In this document: positions 63,594 through 64,000 of the stretch, one piece after another
Layout: each line of letters starts with the position of its first letter
Numbering within the stretch: position 1 is the first letter of the stretch
Source of the DNA: Bilabrum cf. latius
Taxonomy: Eukaryota
Direction of reading: 5' to 3'
Assembly (NCBI GenBank): GCA_965178125.1
Contig: OZ237744.1
Location: 992,001-1,056,000 of the forward strand
DNA length: 64,000 nt
The notes under the pieces: generated by a model
What the model saw: the letters and a program-made list of their open reading frames with translations, nothing else
Told to the model about the DNA's origin: nothing
The model's database searches: none
Position numbers and translations under genes: made by a program

Positions 63594-64000
63594 TTATGAC
63601 CCAGATCCATCTTCCATAGCTGCAGATCCTGCACTTGCTGCTGCCCCTTCCCCAGCGTCGGTTGCCTTGGCTTCACCTGCTGCTGCTGCTGGACCCTCCG
63701 TCTCGGCGTGCGTCGGAGCCTATCGTACGTAGAGCACGTTGTTGCATCGGATCAGCAGCTCTCCTAGCTTTCCCGCAAATTCACCGTCCAAAAATTCCTC
63801 GGCTTCCTGGAGCTACACGTTCATGTAGCTATCGAACGATGCTAGCTTGCCTGCGAGGCATCGAAAAGGACTAGCTGTCGATCACTCCCAAAGTAGGCAT
63901 AAAGTGGCGCAAGCGGCAGTAAAACGGTTGATCGCGGTGATTCTCACCTCGATACTCGGTACCCCATTTCAATTTCACGGCCACATTCTTGCCTACCAGG
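63594..64000 (-). CDS. SNRPF: Small nuclear ribonucleoprotein SmF (5' end beyond the window); intron 63947-63851
   Basis: [29 protein letters not shown](TAG)[30 protein letters not shown]; ends TAA 63594-63596; absent from the ORF track. Confidence 0.93.

Noticed and set aside
1-64000. Mass pseudogenisation or sequencing error as the cause of internal stops
   Set aside because: Interruptions are exclusively TAG, with no frameshifts, and they hit essential genes (UBA1, SmF, UTP23) at Gln columns.
1-64000. Pyrrolysine insertion or programmed readthrough at UAG
   Set aside because: Eukaryotic genes, no pyl genes, no shared downstream context, and up to 18 TAGs per gene including doublets.

Overview
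Gene-dense, GC-rich eukaryotic nuclear DNA with about 28 protein-coding genes, short GT-AG introns (mostly GTGAG...GCAG, ~80-130 nt) and very short intergenic gaps. PACRG implies a flagellated organism; the style suggests a heterotrophic protist, possibly a stramenopile, but that is inference only. The dominant signal is a non-standard genetic code. In-frame TAG codons (hand count about 125) interrupt 25 of the 28 genes without shifting frame, and they fall on strongly conserved Gln positions: DUSP PNxGFxxQL, UBA1 KGNTQ, SmF YMNxQL and the Q of IQ motifs. Every modelled gene end seen is TGA (21) or TAA (6). So UAG encodes Gln while UAA and UGA remain stops, and the supplied standard-code ORF track fragments or misses most genes. 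Under this code the window holds TRAPPC9-like, TVP38, NAPRT, ankyrin, arylsulfatase, a catalytically dead HtrA/PDZ protein, LYR protein, two inverted minisatellite-like C2H2 zinc-finger genes flanking a spastin/fidgetin-like ATPase, Maf, ECI1, PACRG, RhoGAP, a ubiquitin-like protein, RPS3A, DENND4-like, DUSP, UBA1, UTP23, an acylated IQ-repeat protein, Niban-like, SmF and five orphan genes. All gene models and family calls were made by eye from remembered motifs, with no database search. No tRNA, rRNA, CRISPR array or transposon was recognised.
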